In this document: piece by piece, positions 28,669-37,019 of the stretch
Position numbering within the stretch: position 1 is the first letter of the stretch
Layout of the letters: every line of letters starts with the position of its first letter
Sequence record: NC_048747.1
DNA: 64,000 nt
Direction: 5' to 3' (one strand)
Position numbers and translations under genes: made by a program
The notes under the pieces: generated by a model
Databases searched by the model: none
What the model was told of the DNA's origin: nothing
The model's input: only the letters and a program-made list of their open reading frames with translations

Positions 28669-29251
28669 GGTCCGTACCTCTCGGTTGAGTGCGTAAGATC
28701 AGGTCCATTAACTCGACGTAGTCGTTTAATACCTTAACGAACACACTACTGAATACAAAGTCCTTTTGGTTTTGAGTTATAGGTTGATCATAGTTCCCAG
28801 GATCCCCTTCCCCGGAACGTTCGAAGTGAGCACGCATCCCTAACTGACACCACTCCATCATGTCATGAGTAATCAGTTCAATCGATCCCATGTTCGAGTA
28901 CCACGACGGAACTGCACGTTCGACTTTACCAGAAAGATCGATTTCGTACTGTGCCATGACTCTTCGGAAAGGATGATTAAATGCTTCTGAGAGTAGCTGT
29001 GCGAGTCCCAGAGAAGTATCGAAATGCGTCTTTATACTTTGTCCTCGTAACGTATAAAAGTCTTCTATGAAACGGAACGGGCTCTCCTGATGGAAATTGT
29101 ATAGAGTGAACAATACTTCATTGATGGGTGTCAGACTACTTGGTTTCATCATAGTCCTAATGCGCTCTATTTCTTCTTGGGCGGTAATTAGTGTGTAAGG
29201 TTCTTTCTTCTTTCTAGTTAAGAACCCTAACCACCGTAAAAACATTTTCAT
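28640..29251 (-). CDS. Hypothetical protein
   Basis: 203-aa ORF with GGAG RBS downstream of a promoter motif. Confidence 0.6.
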   Translation of the reverse strand: MKMFLRWLGFLTRKKKEPYTLITAQEEIERIRTMMKPSSLTPINEVLFTLYNFHQESPFRFIEDFYTLRGQSIKTHFDTSLGLAQLLSEAFNHPFRRVMAQYEIDLSGKVERAVPSWYSNMGSIELITHDMMEWCQLGMRAHFERSGEGDPGNYDQPITQNQKDFVFSSVFVKVLNDYVELMDLILRTQPRGTDLEQTNQPQR

Positions 29252-29289
29252 AATTACTCTCCTTTTCTTTTTAATAAGGTAGTTTATCT

Positions 29290-29319
29290 ACCTAAGTAAT
29301 ATAGGTTTAAAAATATTTA
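29290..29319 (-). promoter_or_regulatory. Putative early-type promoter; second copy of the 30-bp element
   Basis: Minus strand TAAATATTTTTAAACCTATATTACTTAGGT, includes TATTAC. Confidence 0.6.
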
Positions 29320-29816
29320 TGGCCGATGAATACAAACCCTATAGTGCAGACGCCTCTGAAGAAACCGTAAGAAGTGTACTGCAAGCCCTTTTTAAAGCTA
29401 ACCAGAAAGACGAAGAAGATCCGTCTCAGAAAGCTTTAATCCAAGCTATCCAAAAACACCGTGGTGTAATCCTAGATAATGCCACCGCCGCTTATCTAAA
29501 ACGACCGAACGACCCTAAGCTGTTAGATGCGTTAAACTCGTTAATTGGTGCTCTTGAGAAATCCGTTCGTGATGACCGCAAAGAGGCAGAACGTGCTAAG
29601 GATAAAGAGGAAAACCGAGCCAGCTTTAACCAGTTGATCGAAGCCATGGGTACCATGAACCAAATGAACATCCACATTCCAACTTGGGGTGAAGGTTCGT
29701 TCATCGTCAACATGGACGCGAGCATGGATGAGTTGCTAGAAGACCAACCTAAGATTCGTCCTGACGAACTGGAACAAGGTCAAGCCTACCTTGACTTTGA
29801 CGGTAACCCGGTCTAA
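29319..29816 (+). CDS. Hypothetical protein
   Basis: 165-aa helical ORF ending at a hairpin. Confidence 0.6.
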   Translation: MADEYKPYSADASEETVRSVLQALFKANQKDEEDPSQKALIQAIQKHRGVILDNATAAYLKRPNDPKLLDALNSLIGALEKSVRDDRKEAERAKDKEENRASFNQLIEAMGTMNQMNIHIPTWGEGSFIVNMDASMDELLEDQPKIRPDELEQGQAYLDFDGNPV

Positions 29817-29831
29817 AAAAATAGAGAAACC

Positions 29832-29866
29832 AAAAAAGTACTCCTACTCCTAAGGGAGTAGGAGTA
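29832..29866 (-). terminator. CTCCTACTCC-family hairpin terminator
   Basis: TACTCCTACTCC-taag-GGAGTAGGAGTA 12-bp stem then CTTTTTT on the minus strand. Confidence 0.7.
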
Positions 29867-29885
29867 TATAATTGCATTACCAAGA

Positions 29886-30221
29886 TTACGCACTATGGGC
29901 ATCACCTGATCGTGGCATAAAAGAGAGATCTAAGAAACATTCTCCCCAACCCACACTTAGAGTAAAACGCAAACGCCCGTGATGTGAAATATCCGGTTGA
30001 CCGATCTGAACGAGTGAGAATGTGTCACAAAATCCATTAACCACACACTCAGGGTCATGTGGGGATTCAGTCCAAGGAACACACACCATATCAAAGTCCC
30101 GAGCCATACTACCAAGGATGGTTAACGCCCAACCGTGCTGTCTGGCGATCTTAACCAACTCAGGATACATCGCACAATAAGCGGGTGCAAAGGACGGTGG
30201 CGGTTTAATACGTTCGCTCAT
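29886..30221 (-). CDS. Small protein with a nucleotidyltransferase-like GS..RDxD motif
   Basis: GWALTILGSMARDFDMVCVPW. Confidence 0.4.
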   Translation of the reverse strand: MSERIKPPPSFAPAYCAMYPELVKIARQHGWALTILGSMARDFDMVCVPWTESPHDPECVVNGFCDTFSLVQIGQPDISHHGRLRFTLSVGWGECFLDLSFMPRSGDAHSA

Positions 30222-30943
30222 AATTTAGCCTCTAACTTACGCTGTTCCTCTAATGAAACGGCGTCAAAGAATTTAAGCGGTAAAGGAACCACAGTCCAGA
30301 TCACGGACCACAACAACCCAACACGTTGAATCTGGGTCGTAGGGGAAATACCAATTTCCTCTGGTTCTTTAATGAACACCGCTGGGATGAAGAGTTTAGT
30401 ATCCGGACTCGGTCTTTGATCGAATGTTTTAGAGAACTCTGGATACGCTTCACCAAGCAAATGGTAGACGAACGTATGGGTGAAGTTAGAAACGTAACTA
30501 CCTGTCACCTTTGAAGGATCACGACGATCAAAAGTGATCTTACAACGATACCCCAAGTTACCCTCAAGTATTTTCTTAAGGTCAGCAAGGATGTCGTCTG
30601 ATAAATCATAAGGTTGGGTAAGTACAGTGATCTCGATAGTTTCTACTCGAATAGGTTTCCCCGTCAAAGCTTCAGCATCCACCAATACGTTGAACAGGTT
30701 TCTTAGTAAACGAGTCGGTCGTGACTTCACGATGGTATGAATACCCCGGTCTTTAAAAGCAGCTCGGTAGTTATCCATAGTGATACCAAAAGGTTCACGG
30801 TCGAACTTATCCAATACCCGCTTATAATACAGATCAGCGTAAACAGTATCAAAGGTTTCTTTAGCCGGTTCCAGTAAAACATCCAACGTACCTTGTCTAG
30901 TATCCAAAAGGCTATCTATGTCAGTGAGTACTTTGAAGGTCAT
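30218..30943 (-). CDS. Hypothetical protein with a HAD-like N-terminal DxD motif
   Basis: VLTDIDSLLD at the N-terminus. Confidence 0.45.
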   Translation of the reverse strand: MTFKVLTDIDSLLDTRQGTLDVLLEPAKETFDTVYADLYYKRVLDKFDREPFGITMDNYRAAFKDRGIHTIVKSRPTRLLRNLFNVLVDAEALTGKPIRVETIEITVLTQPYDLSDDILADLKKILEGNLGYRCKITFDRRDPSKVTGSYVSNFTHTFVYHLLGEAYPEFSKTFDQRPSPDTKLFIPAVFIKEPEEIGISPTTQIQRVGLLWSVIWTVVPLPLKFFDAVSLEEQRKLEAKL

Positions 30944-31458
30944 TATTTCTCCTCCTTAGGAGGATTAGTTTGGAGACCCAACAACTCTTCCAACATAGGC
31001 TGATGTGGACCTAACATCGGGTTGTGTTTTCCTGGTTCGTATGTCTTGACACGAGCTGAGATTTCAACAGCGTAAATACGATGCAGTAAAGAGAAAATGA
31101 TCAAAGACGTTTCTTCACTCAACCAAGTTAAACCCAGACCTCCGAATTCTTTTTCTAAGTCTTTGTAGAGACTCTTAGTTTCTTTTAGCAACTCAGCAAA
31201 ATCTATTTTGCTGTTGACGCGGAAACACAACTCCATGAGTTCCGTCACAGCGGTAGAAGCGGCATTACCTACAAACACTTGATCTTTAAATGAATTGAAA
31301 CTTTCTTCAAAGGAAATTAAAGGTTCGGTTGCAATAACAGAACTCAGGTGGAAGATGGTGTGGTGTTGGTCTTGGTCACTCATCAAGCTCCACTTCAGTA
31401 TTGCTAGTTCCTGTGACCAGACGTTTAACCAGTGATCGATATGTGGATACTTAACCAT
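30943..31458 (-). CDS. Hypothetical protein
   Basis: 171-aa ORF, translationally coupled on both sides. Confidence 0.6.
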   Translation of the reverse strand: MVKYPHIDHWLNVWSQELAILKWSLMSDQDQHHTIFHLSSVIATEPLISFEESFNSFKDQVFVGNAASTAVTELMELCFRVNSKIDFAELLKETKSLYKDLEKEFGGLGLTWLSEETSLIIFSLLHRIYAVEISARVKTYEPGKHNPMLGPHQPMLEELLGLQTNPPKEEK

Positions 31459-32138
31459 TATCGTTCTCCTACGTTATTTTCCAGGTGACGACCCATCATC
31501 AACATAGAAGCAGTTTGAAGTGACCGCACACCAGTACCGTGACGTAGTGATTCTTGCACCGTAGCATGTCCAGTCTCCTGAATTCCTTTACGGTATTCAT
31601 CCAAGGCTCCTAAGTCACCACCTTTAACATCGTAAAGCTCCTTAGCCACGAGATCCAGACCTAAGGTCTTAAGAACGCGTACTTCAGGAATAGAGATACC
31701 CGTACCACGAGAATCACCAAAGACTTGACCAGTTAAGTCATCGATCTTGGAGTCGTCCTTCGCTGCACCGAATTTCTTAACCCACATCTGACGTTGCTTA
31801 CGAGTCTCAGCAGTGCCCACCACAAACGTTTCTGGTGTTTCATAACGAAGTCCAGTATCTTGATCATAAAAGACAAGATGTTGTTCAGGTTCCAAACCAC
31901 GTTCACGGCTCAACTTAGTGATGACATCAAACACCGGGTATTCTTTTGGATTATTGTTATCCACATGGATACTTAATATCCCACCTGCTTCTAATCGAAC
32001 CATGAACTCTTCAAACTGATCGTCGTCCATTTTGTCAAACAAGTTTTTGTAGACAGTATAGTTATAACCACCTTCGGTGATTTCCTTCATTAATGTAAGC
32101 CAGTAACGCTCGGCGGCCTTACGGTTACGATTCTTCAT
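31458..32138 (-). CDS. rpoB: Virion RNA polymerase beta C-terminal subunit (phiKZ gp149-like); start revised to MKNRN
   Basis: LTGQV...ISIPEVRVLKTLG...ELYDVKGGD parallels bacterial VTQQP...FGEMEVWALEAYG...EMLTVKSDD; GAGG RBS before 32138. Confidence 0.78.
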   Translation of the reverse strand: MKNRNRKAAERYWLTLMKEITEGGYNYTVYKNLFDKMDDDQFEEFMVRLEAGGILSIHVDNNNPKEYPVFDVITKLSRERGLEPEQHLVFYDQDTGLRYETPETFVVGTAETRKQRQMWVKKFGAAKDDSKIDDLTGQVFGDSRGTGISIPEVRVLKTLGLDLVAKELYDVKGGDLGALDEYRKGIQETGHATVQESLRHGTGVRSLQTASMLMMGRHLENNVGER

Positions 32139-32139
32139 G

Positions 32140-32505
32140 TTACTTCCTCTCGTATTTGTAGCGGCGGATAGTGATGCAACGCTCACTCAATGCTGAAGCC
32201 AAAGCTTCTATGTGAGCATCATGTTCCGCGATGGAAATAATGATAAGTTCACTGGTTCGATCAACTAAGTTTTCGATAGTTTGTACGAACGAGGTTTTAT
32301 TACGATCTTCGATACTCAACACTTCAACGTCTTGATCCAAATCTCCGATGCCGTATTTACCGCTTACTGTGTGAAACTTAAAGTCGCTGTTAGTACGGTC
32401 GCTAACTACTCCCTTGAGACGACTGAGGTAATCCTGAGGCTCGGCACATAGACTACCAAAACCAGAGTCACAAATGACTAGGATGTTTTTAGTGTTGACT
32501 GACAT
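32140..32505 (-). CDS. Hypothetical protein (start revised to MSVNT)
   Basis: GGAG RBS precedes the ATG at 32505; alpha/beta pattern. Confidence 0.55.
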   Translation of the reverse strand: MSVNTKNILVICDSGFGSLCAEPQDYLSRLKGVVSDRTNSDFKFHTVSGKYGIGDLDQDVEVLSIEDRNKTSFVQTIENLVDRTSELIIISIAEHDAHIEALASALSERCITIRRYKYERK

Positions 32506-32528
32506 TGTTATTATTCTCCGAATTCTGT

Positions 32529-32558
32529 AAAAAAAGATGGGGTGGTAGTCCACCCCAT
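32529..32558 (-). terminator. Intrinsic terminator after uvsX
   Basis: ATGGGGTGG-tagt-CCACCCCAT then CTTTTTTT on the minus strand. Confidence 0.65.
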
Positions 32559-32571
32559 AATATTTAAATGT

Positions 32572-34005
32572 TTATTTCTTAGCAGGACGACCAGTAGCTG
32601 TAGATTCACCAGTAGCTAGGCGGAAGATTTGCATTGCGGTGATGGTCGGCTTATCGATATCTGGGTTAGTGTGCCAGAAGTCAACTGAGTCCAGTAGTTC
32701 GTCCCAGTCAAAACCTTTCTCTTTAACAGCTTTGTAGATTTCTTCTGGGGTCATGCGGTAATGGTCCGGTAGGCGTAACCACTGGCGTTGCATTACCATG
32801 ATGTGATACATCAACGTGATTGCTCGGTAGAACTTAGGGTTCTTAGCAATAACACTACGAACTGTAGTACGACCTACTTTAACACCCGGCAGGAAAGTAC
32901 ACTCATGAGAGATCTTAGACCCATCTAAACCGAAGTAACCGTTACTCTTCAGTGCGTGGTACATAGACAGACCTTCTTGAATACCGTCTGACTGAGAACC
33001 GATAAACGTACCACTGATGCCAGAAGAACCACCCTTGTTACGGAACATGGTGTAAGCGTAAGATAACAAGTCCGGGTTTTCACGAGCATCTGCATCGATG
33101 ATTACGTCACGACCTAATGGGTTAGGGTACATCCATTGTTGGTCTGACTTAAGAGCTGAACCACGAATGATTTCGTAACCTTGTGCAGGCAACTGTAGAA
33201 TTGCTTTAGGACACTTAGCGATTTTCTTACCTTGACGGATAAAGGTCGATTGTTTCTCTTGAGGTTTACCATCCATGTTGATGACGTCGGTGGTTTGACC
33301 TACCCACCAAAGTTTAAGACCAGCTACACCGCCCAAGTGGTGAGCATCTTCGAACACGATACGTTTTAAGTTACCGAATTCCATATCACGAGTACGCTTT
33401 TTACCACCCTCGTCCACATCGCCTTCTTGGAACTTAACAGATGCTTCATTAAAACGAAGTTCACCCAGTGAGTCGGTAATGACCATGATAGGCGTGTAGA
33501 TAGAAATCAGTTTACCTGACTTATCATAGAACGGAGTTTCGATGTAACGAGACTTGTCACCTTTAGAGTCTTGGAATTCTTTGTAGGCATCTTTGATGAT
33601 GTTGTGTAACTGAGTACCATCGTACCCGTCATTAGAACTTAGGTAGATGAAACGTTTACCTAAGATTTCACGGTTAAAGTAACCTGTCTCGCCAAAGCGT
33701 GCGTCTACGGCTTCTGATAGACGACCGATGTCCAGAGTCGCCTCCGTGTCACCGTAAATGATAATGCCTTGTGGAATGCGTTGTAGGAAGCTTAAACAGC
33801 TTAAGATCAACATACCCGTTTTCTGAGTATTCGAGCCACCTGCGATTGCGTTGTTTGGTGTTACCCCACCGTTACAGTATGCTAAGTCATCTTTACCGAC
33901 AAAGAAGCGACCGTTATTGATGTCGTAGATTGGAGAGAAGTTTAGACCAATCTGAATCGATTCGGAAGATTCGATTTTGTTAATGAAATTAAAAGCGGTG
34001 GACAT
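32572..34005 (-). CDS. uvsX: UvsX/RecA-like recombinase (phiKZ-type)
   Basis: Variant P-loop AGGSNTQKT, YGDTE, ITDSLG Walker B, MFRNKGG; synteny between betaC and RNase H-like genes. Confidence 0.75.
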   Translation of the reverse strand: MSTAFNFINKIESSESIQIGLNFSPIYDINNGRFFVGKDDLAYCNGGVTPNNAIAGGSNTQKTGMLILSCLSFLQRIPQGIIIYGDTEATLDIGRLSEAVDARFGETGYFNREILGKRFIYLSSNDGYDGTQLHNIIKDAYKEFQDSKGDKSRYIETPFYDKSGKLISIYTPIMVITDSLGELRFNEASVKFQEGDVDEGGKKRTRDMEFGNLKRIVFEDAHHLGGVAGLKLWWVGQTTDVINMDGKPQEKQSTFIRQGKKIAKCPKAILQLPAQGYEIIRGSALKSDQQWMYPNPLGRDVIIDADARENPDLLSYAYTMFRNKGGSSGISGTFIGSQSDGIQEGLSMYHALKSNGYFGLDGSKISHECTFLPGVKVGRTTVRSVIAKNPKFYRAITLMYHIMVMQRQWLRLPDHYRMTPEEIYKAVKEKGFDWDELLDSVDFWHTNPDIDKPTITAMQIFRLATGESTATGRPAKK

Positions 34006-34027
34006 ACTTACCTCTGTTTTTGAATTT

Positions 34028-34050
34028 TATGTTAGTTAACCTATATAAAG
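34028..34050 (+). promoter_or_regulatory. Putative promoter (CTATAT core), plus strand
   Basis: TATGTTAGTTAACCTATATAAA just upstream of the ATG at 34062. Confidence 0.4.
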
Positions 34051-34061
34051 GCATTACAGTC

Positions 34062-34871
34062 ATGGAAAATTATTACTTGGAACGTCTACTGTCAGAAGGT
34101 CAAGTAGACGGAAATGAAGCATTCGGCATCCCTAAGTTTTTGACTCCAGTTGAAGGATTCCGTTTACGTCTAAAGAATTTGTCTTTGGATTTAGATCGTA
34201 AGATTTCAGCTATCTCTTCATCGATTCATACCGTTGATTACCGTAAAGCGCAAGGTAAAGCGAAAAAGCTTAGCTACCTTTCTAAGGCGGAAAGCGAACT
34301 ACCTGTTCCAGTTCACTACGACAACCGTAAGATGGCGTGGGACGAATACGTTAAGATGTGTGTTCAGGGCATCTCTTTATTAGATGGGTTCAAAACCGAC
34401 TCTGCTCGTTTCTACGATTGGTTGAAAGAAATCGCAGCTAAGGGTAAAGTGGCGGGTACTTATCGTCATACGATCTCCAGCACTGCGCGACAGATTGATG
34501 ACCTAGATAAGTTCATCAAGACACTGGGTGACTCTAAACGTTCAATGACACAACCAATGGAAAACTTGTACCCTTCCTTTGATAAAATGTTCGGTCTGAT
34601 TAACGACTTTAACCTTCGCGCTAAATTGGTTAAAGCTCGAGACGTAGAGATCGTTGCCCGTCAACTTAAGCTGAACGCAGAACTAGGTGACTTAGTATTA
34701 GATCGCATTTTGTCTAATGACATTGTGCTGGATGAACGAGAAATCAATCAGTTCAAACAAACCTTTGATGAGTTTGAACGTTACATGAACGTAACTGGAG
34801 CTACCGTTGGTCTATTAAACGAGTTGTCTGCGGTACTTAAAGGCCACTGCGATGCCGTTGAATCTTGGTAA
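34062..34871 (+). CDS. Putative virion head protein with N-terminal propeptide (start revised to MENYY)
   Basis: Acidic N-terminus with DGNE-A candidate protease site; divergent from uvsX as in phiKZ-like phages. Confidence 0.5.
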   Translation: MENYYLERLLSEGQVDGNEAFGIPKFLTPVEGFRLRLKNLSLDLDRKISAISSSIHTVDYRKAQGKAKKLSYLSKAESELPVPVHYDNRKMAWDEYVKMCVQGISLLDGFKTDSARFYDWLKEIAAKGKVAGTYRHTISSTARQIDDLDKFIKTLGDSKRSMTQPMENLYPSFDKMFGLINDFNLRAKLVKARDVEIVARQLKLNAELGDLVLDRILSNDIVLDEREINQFKQTFDEFERYMNVTGATVGLLNELSAVLKGHCDAVESW

Positions 34872-34887
34872 GAAATAAACAGTAAGC

Positions 34888-34918
34888 AAAAAAGAAGAGG
34901 TAGGGGAAACCCTACCTC
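34888..34918 (-). terminator. Hairpin terminator at a convergent junction
   Basis: GAGGTAGGG-gaaa-CCCTACCTC then TTCTTTTTT on the minus strand. Confidence 0.65.
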
Positions 34919-34922
34919 CGTC

Positions 34923-36455
34923 TTATTTGGTTTCACCCAATTCTTTCTTGTTCAATACACGAACGTTAGCCGACGCTGAAGTAAAGACGTAAATCCAATC
35001 AGAAGTCTCAATGATGGTGCGGTAGATCAAACAACGCTCGTTGCTGTAATCCAAGTTTAACCACACCTTTACATCAGGGTCAGTGATTGAGTTGAAACAG
35101 TTACGTTCCGGCACGTCATAACCAATACTCAACATGATAGGGACCGGACACACTGCTTTAGGGTGTTGTGCGGTATGTCGAATGATGGCCTCGCTAGGCT
35201 TAAACGCAGGATTGAGTTTAAGTTTGATGTCGCCTTTTTTGTTTGGTTCTTTAACGAAGAACTTATCGGTGATGTCAAAGTATTCCTGATACTCCCCGTA
35301 ACGGTTGTTCTCGTCTCGGTTCTTCCAACAGCGGAACGTTAAGTCGATACGGTCCATGGATTCAACGATCATAAAAGACAACCCCGGTGGGTCAATCAAT
35401 TCAACTAAGGTCGGGTCCTCTTTAGTCCCTACTACAAACGGAACGACTAAGTCCTTACCTTTACGAACACCCGGATAACTGTCGATGAGTCGAGCCACGC
35501 CTTTACTGGTTACGTACTGCATGTTACCAGTGCACATTAACTCACGAGGGTTGTCTGTACGCTCCTCAGTGAAGTTAAACAACTTATCAAAGTATGGGAT
35601 AGGTTCTTTAACAAACAACGCACTGTAGGTCACGTCAGGTGTTAATTTACCGTAGTAATGTTTACCTTTCTCTACCTTACCGAACTGGTAACGACGATAA
35701 CCCTCAATCTCATCCCAGTAGTCCGTGCCTTTACCAGTACGGAAGTACCAGCGGTTACCACTGATAATCTTAGGCAAACCAGTTTCTGGGTTCTCGTATT
35801 CTTTCAGCGGAGTGGCGGTAACGTAACACTCAGGTTGGTCACCCCATAGGGTCATGACATCCGCTAAGCCCATCTCTTCACCCAGACGCTTCGCGCCCAA
35901 ACCGCCTTTCACAAACGCTACTTTAACATCAACGTTTTTAGTAACTGGCATGTAAGGTTTGAAGAACTCCTGAACCGCTTTGATGCGTTTGAAGAGAGCG
36001 TCTTCGCATTTACCCTTGCGTCCCTCAGTCAACTCCATAACACGGTAAAAGAAAGGAGAATCTGGAATGAACAAAATACGTGTCCACTCTACATCGTATT
36101 CCACTTCCTCTTTCTTCTCAATTACAATTTCTTTAGTGATGGAGCTGATGTAATTTTGAAGTTGTTCCAATAAACTCACCCAAGCTTCATATTCGTCGTC
36201 TCTCGAAGAAGAGTAGCCGGCGATGATATCTTGTTGGTTAACAACAATCCCTGATGAAGTGGTAGAGCTCGTCCAATAACCCATAGTAGCTGGGACGTTT
36301 TTCTTGAGCTGCTTTTTACCTTCGACTTCCGGGTTGTATGTGTACCCGTGTAACGCCGTATAGAACTGTTTACGTTCTGGTGTACGACGCGTCTTTTTGA
36401 AGGTGGTGGTTCCAGCTCCGATATATACCACCATGTTCTTTTTAAGTGTTGTCAT
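34923..36455 (-). CDS. RNase H-like protein (phiKZ-type, long form)
   Basis: N-terminal RNase HI-like pattern (LHGY, E, PDS, LAD) plus C-terminal IGYDVPERN...YRTII; synteny near uvsX. Confidence 0.6.
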   Translation of the reverse strand: MTTLKKNMVVYIGAGTTTFKKTRRTPERKQFYTALHGYTYNPEVEGKKQLKKNVPATMGYWTSSTTSSGIVVNQQDIIAGYSSSRDDEYEAWVSLLEQLQNYISSITKEIVIEKKEEVEYDVEWTRILFIPDSPFFYRVMELTEGRKGKCEDALFKRIKAVQEFFKPYMPVTKNVDVKVAFVKGGLGAKRLGEEMGLADVMTLWGDQPECYVTATPLKEYENPETGLPKIISGNRWYFRTGKGTDYWDEIEGYRRYQFGKVEKGKHYYGKLTPDVTYSALFVKEPIPYFDKLFNFTEERTDNPRELMCTGNMQYVTSKGVARLIDSYPGVRKGKDLVVPFVVGTKEDPTLVELIDPPGLSFMIVESMDRIDLTFRCWKNRDENNRYGEYQEYFDITDKFFVKEPNKKGDIKLKLNPAFKPSEAIIRHTAQHPKAVCPVPIMLSIGYDVPERNCFNSITDPDVKVWLNLDYSNERCLIYRTIIETSDWIYVFTSASANVRVLNKKELGETK

Positions 36456-36547
36456 TCTGATACCACTAGTTTATATTGATAACCTATAGATCTGCACCTG
36501 TGTGGAAATATACTAACCCGCCCCCTAAGGAACGGGTTAGTATCGTC

Positions 36548-36988
36548 TTATTGTTTTTCATTCTGAATAGAACACTGTTTCGAATCGATTAAACGTTTAA
36601 GCTGAATATTTTCACGAGTTAACCTTTCATTATCTCTAGCCAATACTGCACGTTCTTTTAAAATTGCGATGTGTTCGTCCTGGATAGTTTCTAAGCGAGC
36701 GGTCAACCCCCGGTTAATGGTCACGAATGACTTTAACGGGTTGTCCTCCACTGCAAAGATTTGCTGGATAACCGCACTGGTTTCCTTCCATTCTTGCTTC
36801 TTCAACAACGTGTGAGTATACTGAATGCCTAAGCCAAACAGTAGCCACGTCACGATGGTTGCGTAGAAGATTGTCCACCTTAGAACTACCCTTATCTTTT
36901 CTCCGTATGTCTCTCCTTGAACCTTCGGGACCACAGATTCTATGATACGGTCCGCCAGTTCTTGTAGAACTATCTGCATCGCTAACAC
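36548..36988 (-). CDS. Membrane protein with a C-terminal coiled coil
   Basis: One TM segment WTIFYATIVTWLLFGLGI then heptad repeats. Confidence 0.55.
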   Translation of the reverse strand: MLAMQIVLQELADRIIESVVPKVQGETYGEKIRVVLRWTIFYATIVTWLLFGLGIQYTHTLLKKQEWKETSAVIQQIFAVEDNPLKSFVTINRGLTARLETIQDEHIAILKERAVLARDNERLTRENIQLKRLIDSKQCSIQNEKQ

Positions 36989-37019
36989 ACCTTATTGTTT
37001 TTATTAGTGGGAAACTATT

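Noticed and set aside
32572-34005. Non-canonical P-loop (NTQKT) as evidence of an inactive recombinase
   Set aside because: The Lys-Thr pair and Walker B are intact, and as I recall phiKZ-type UvsX proteins commonly replace the Gly before Lys
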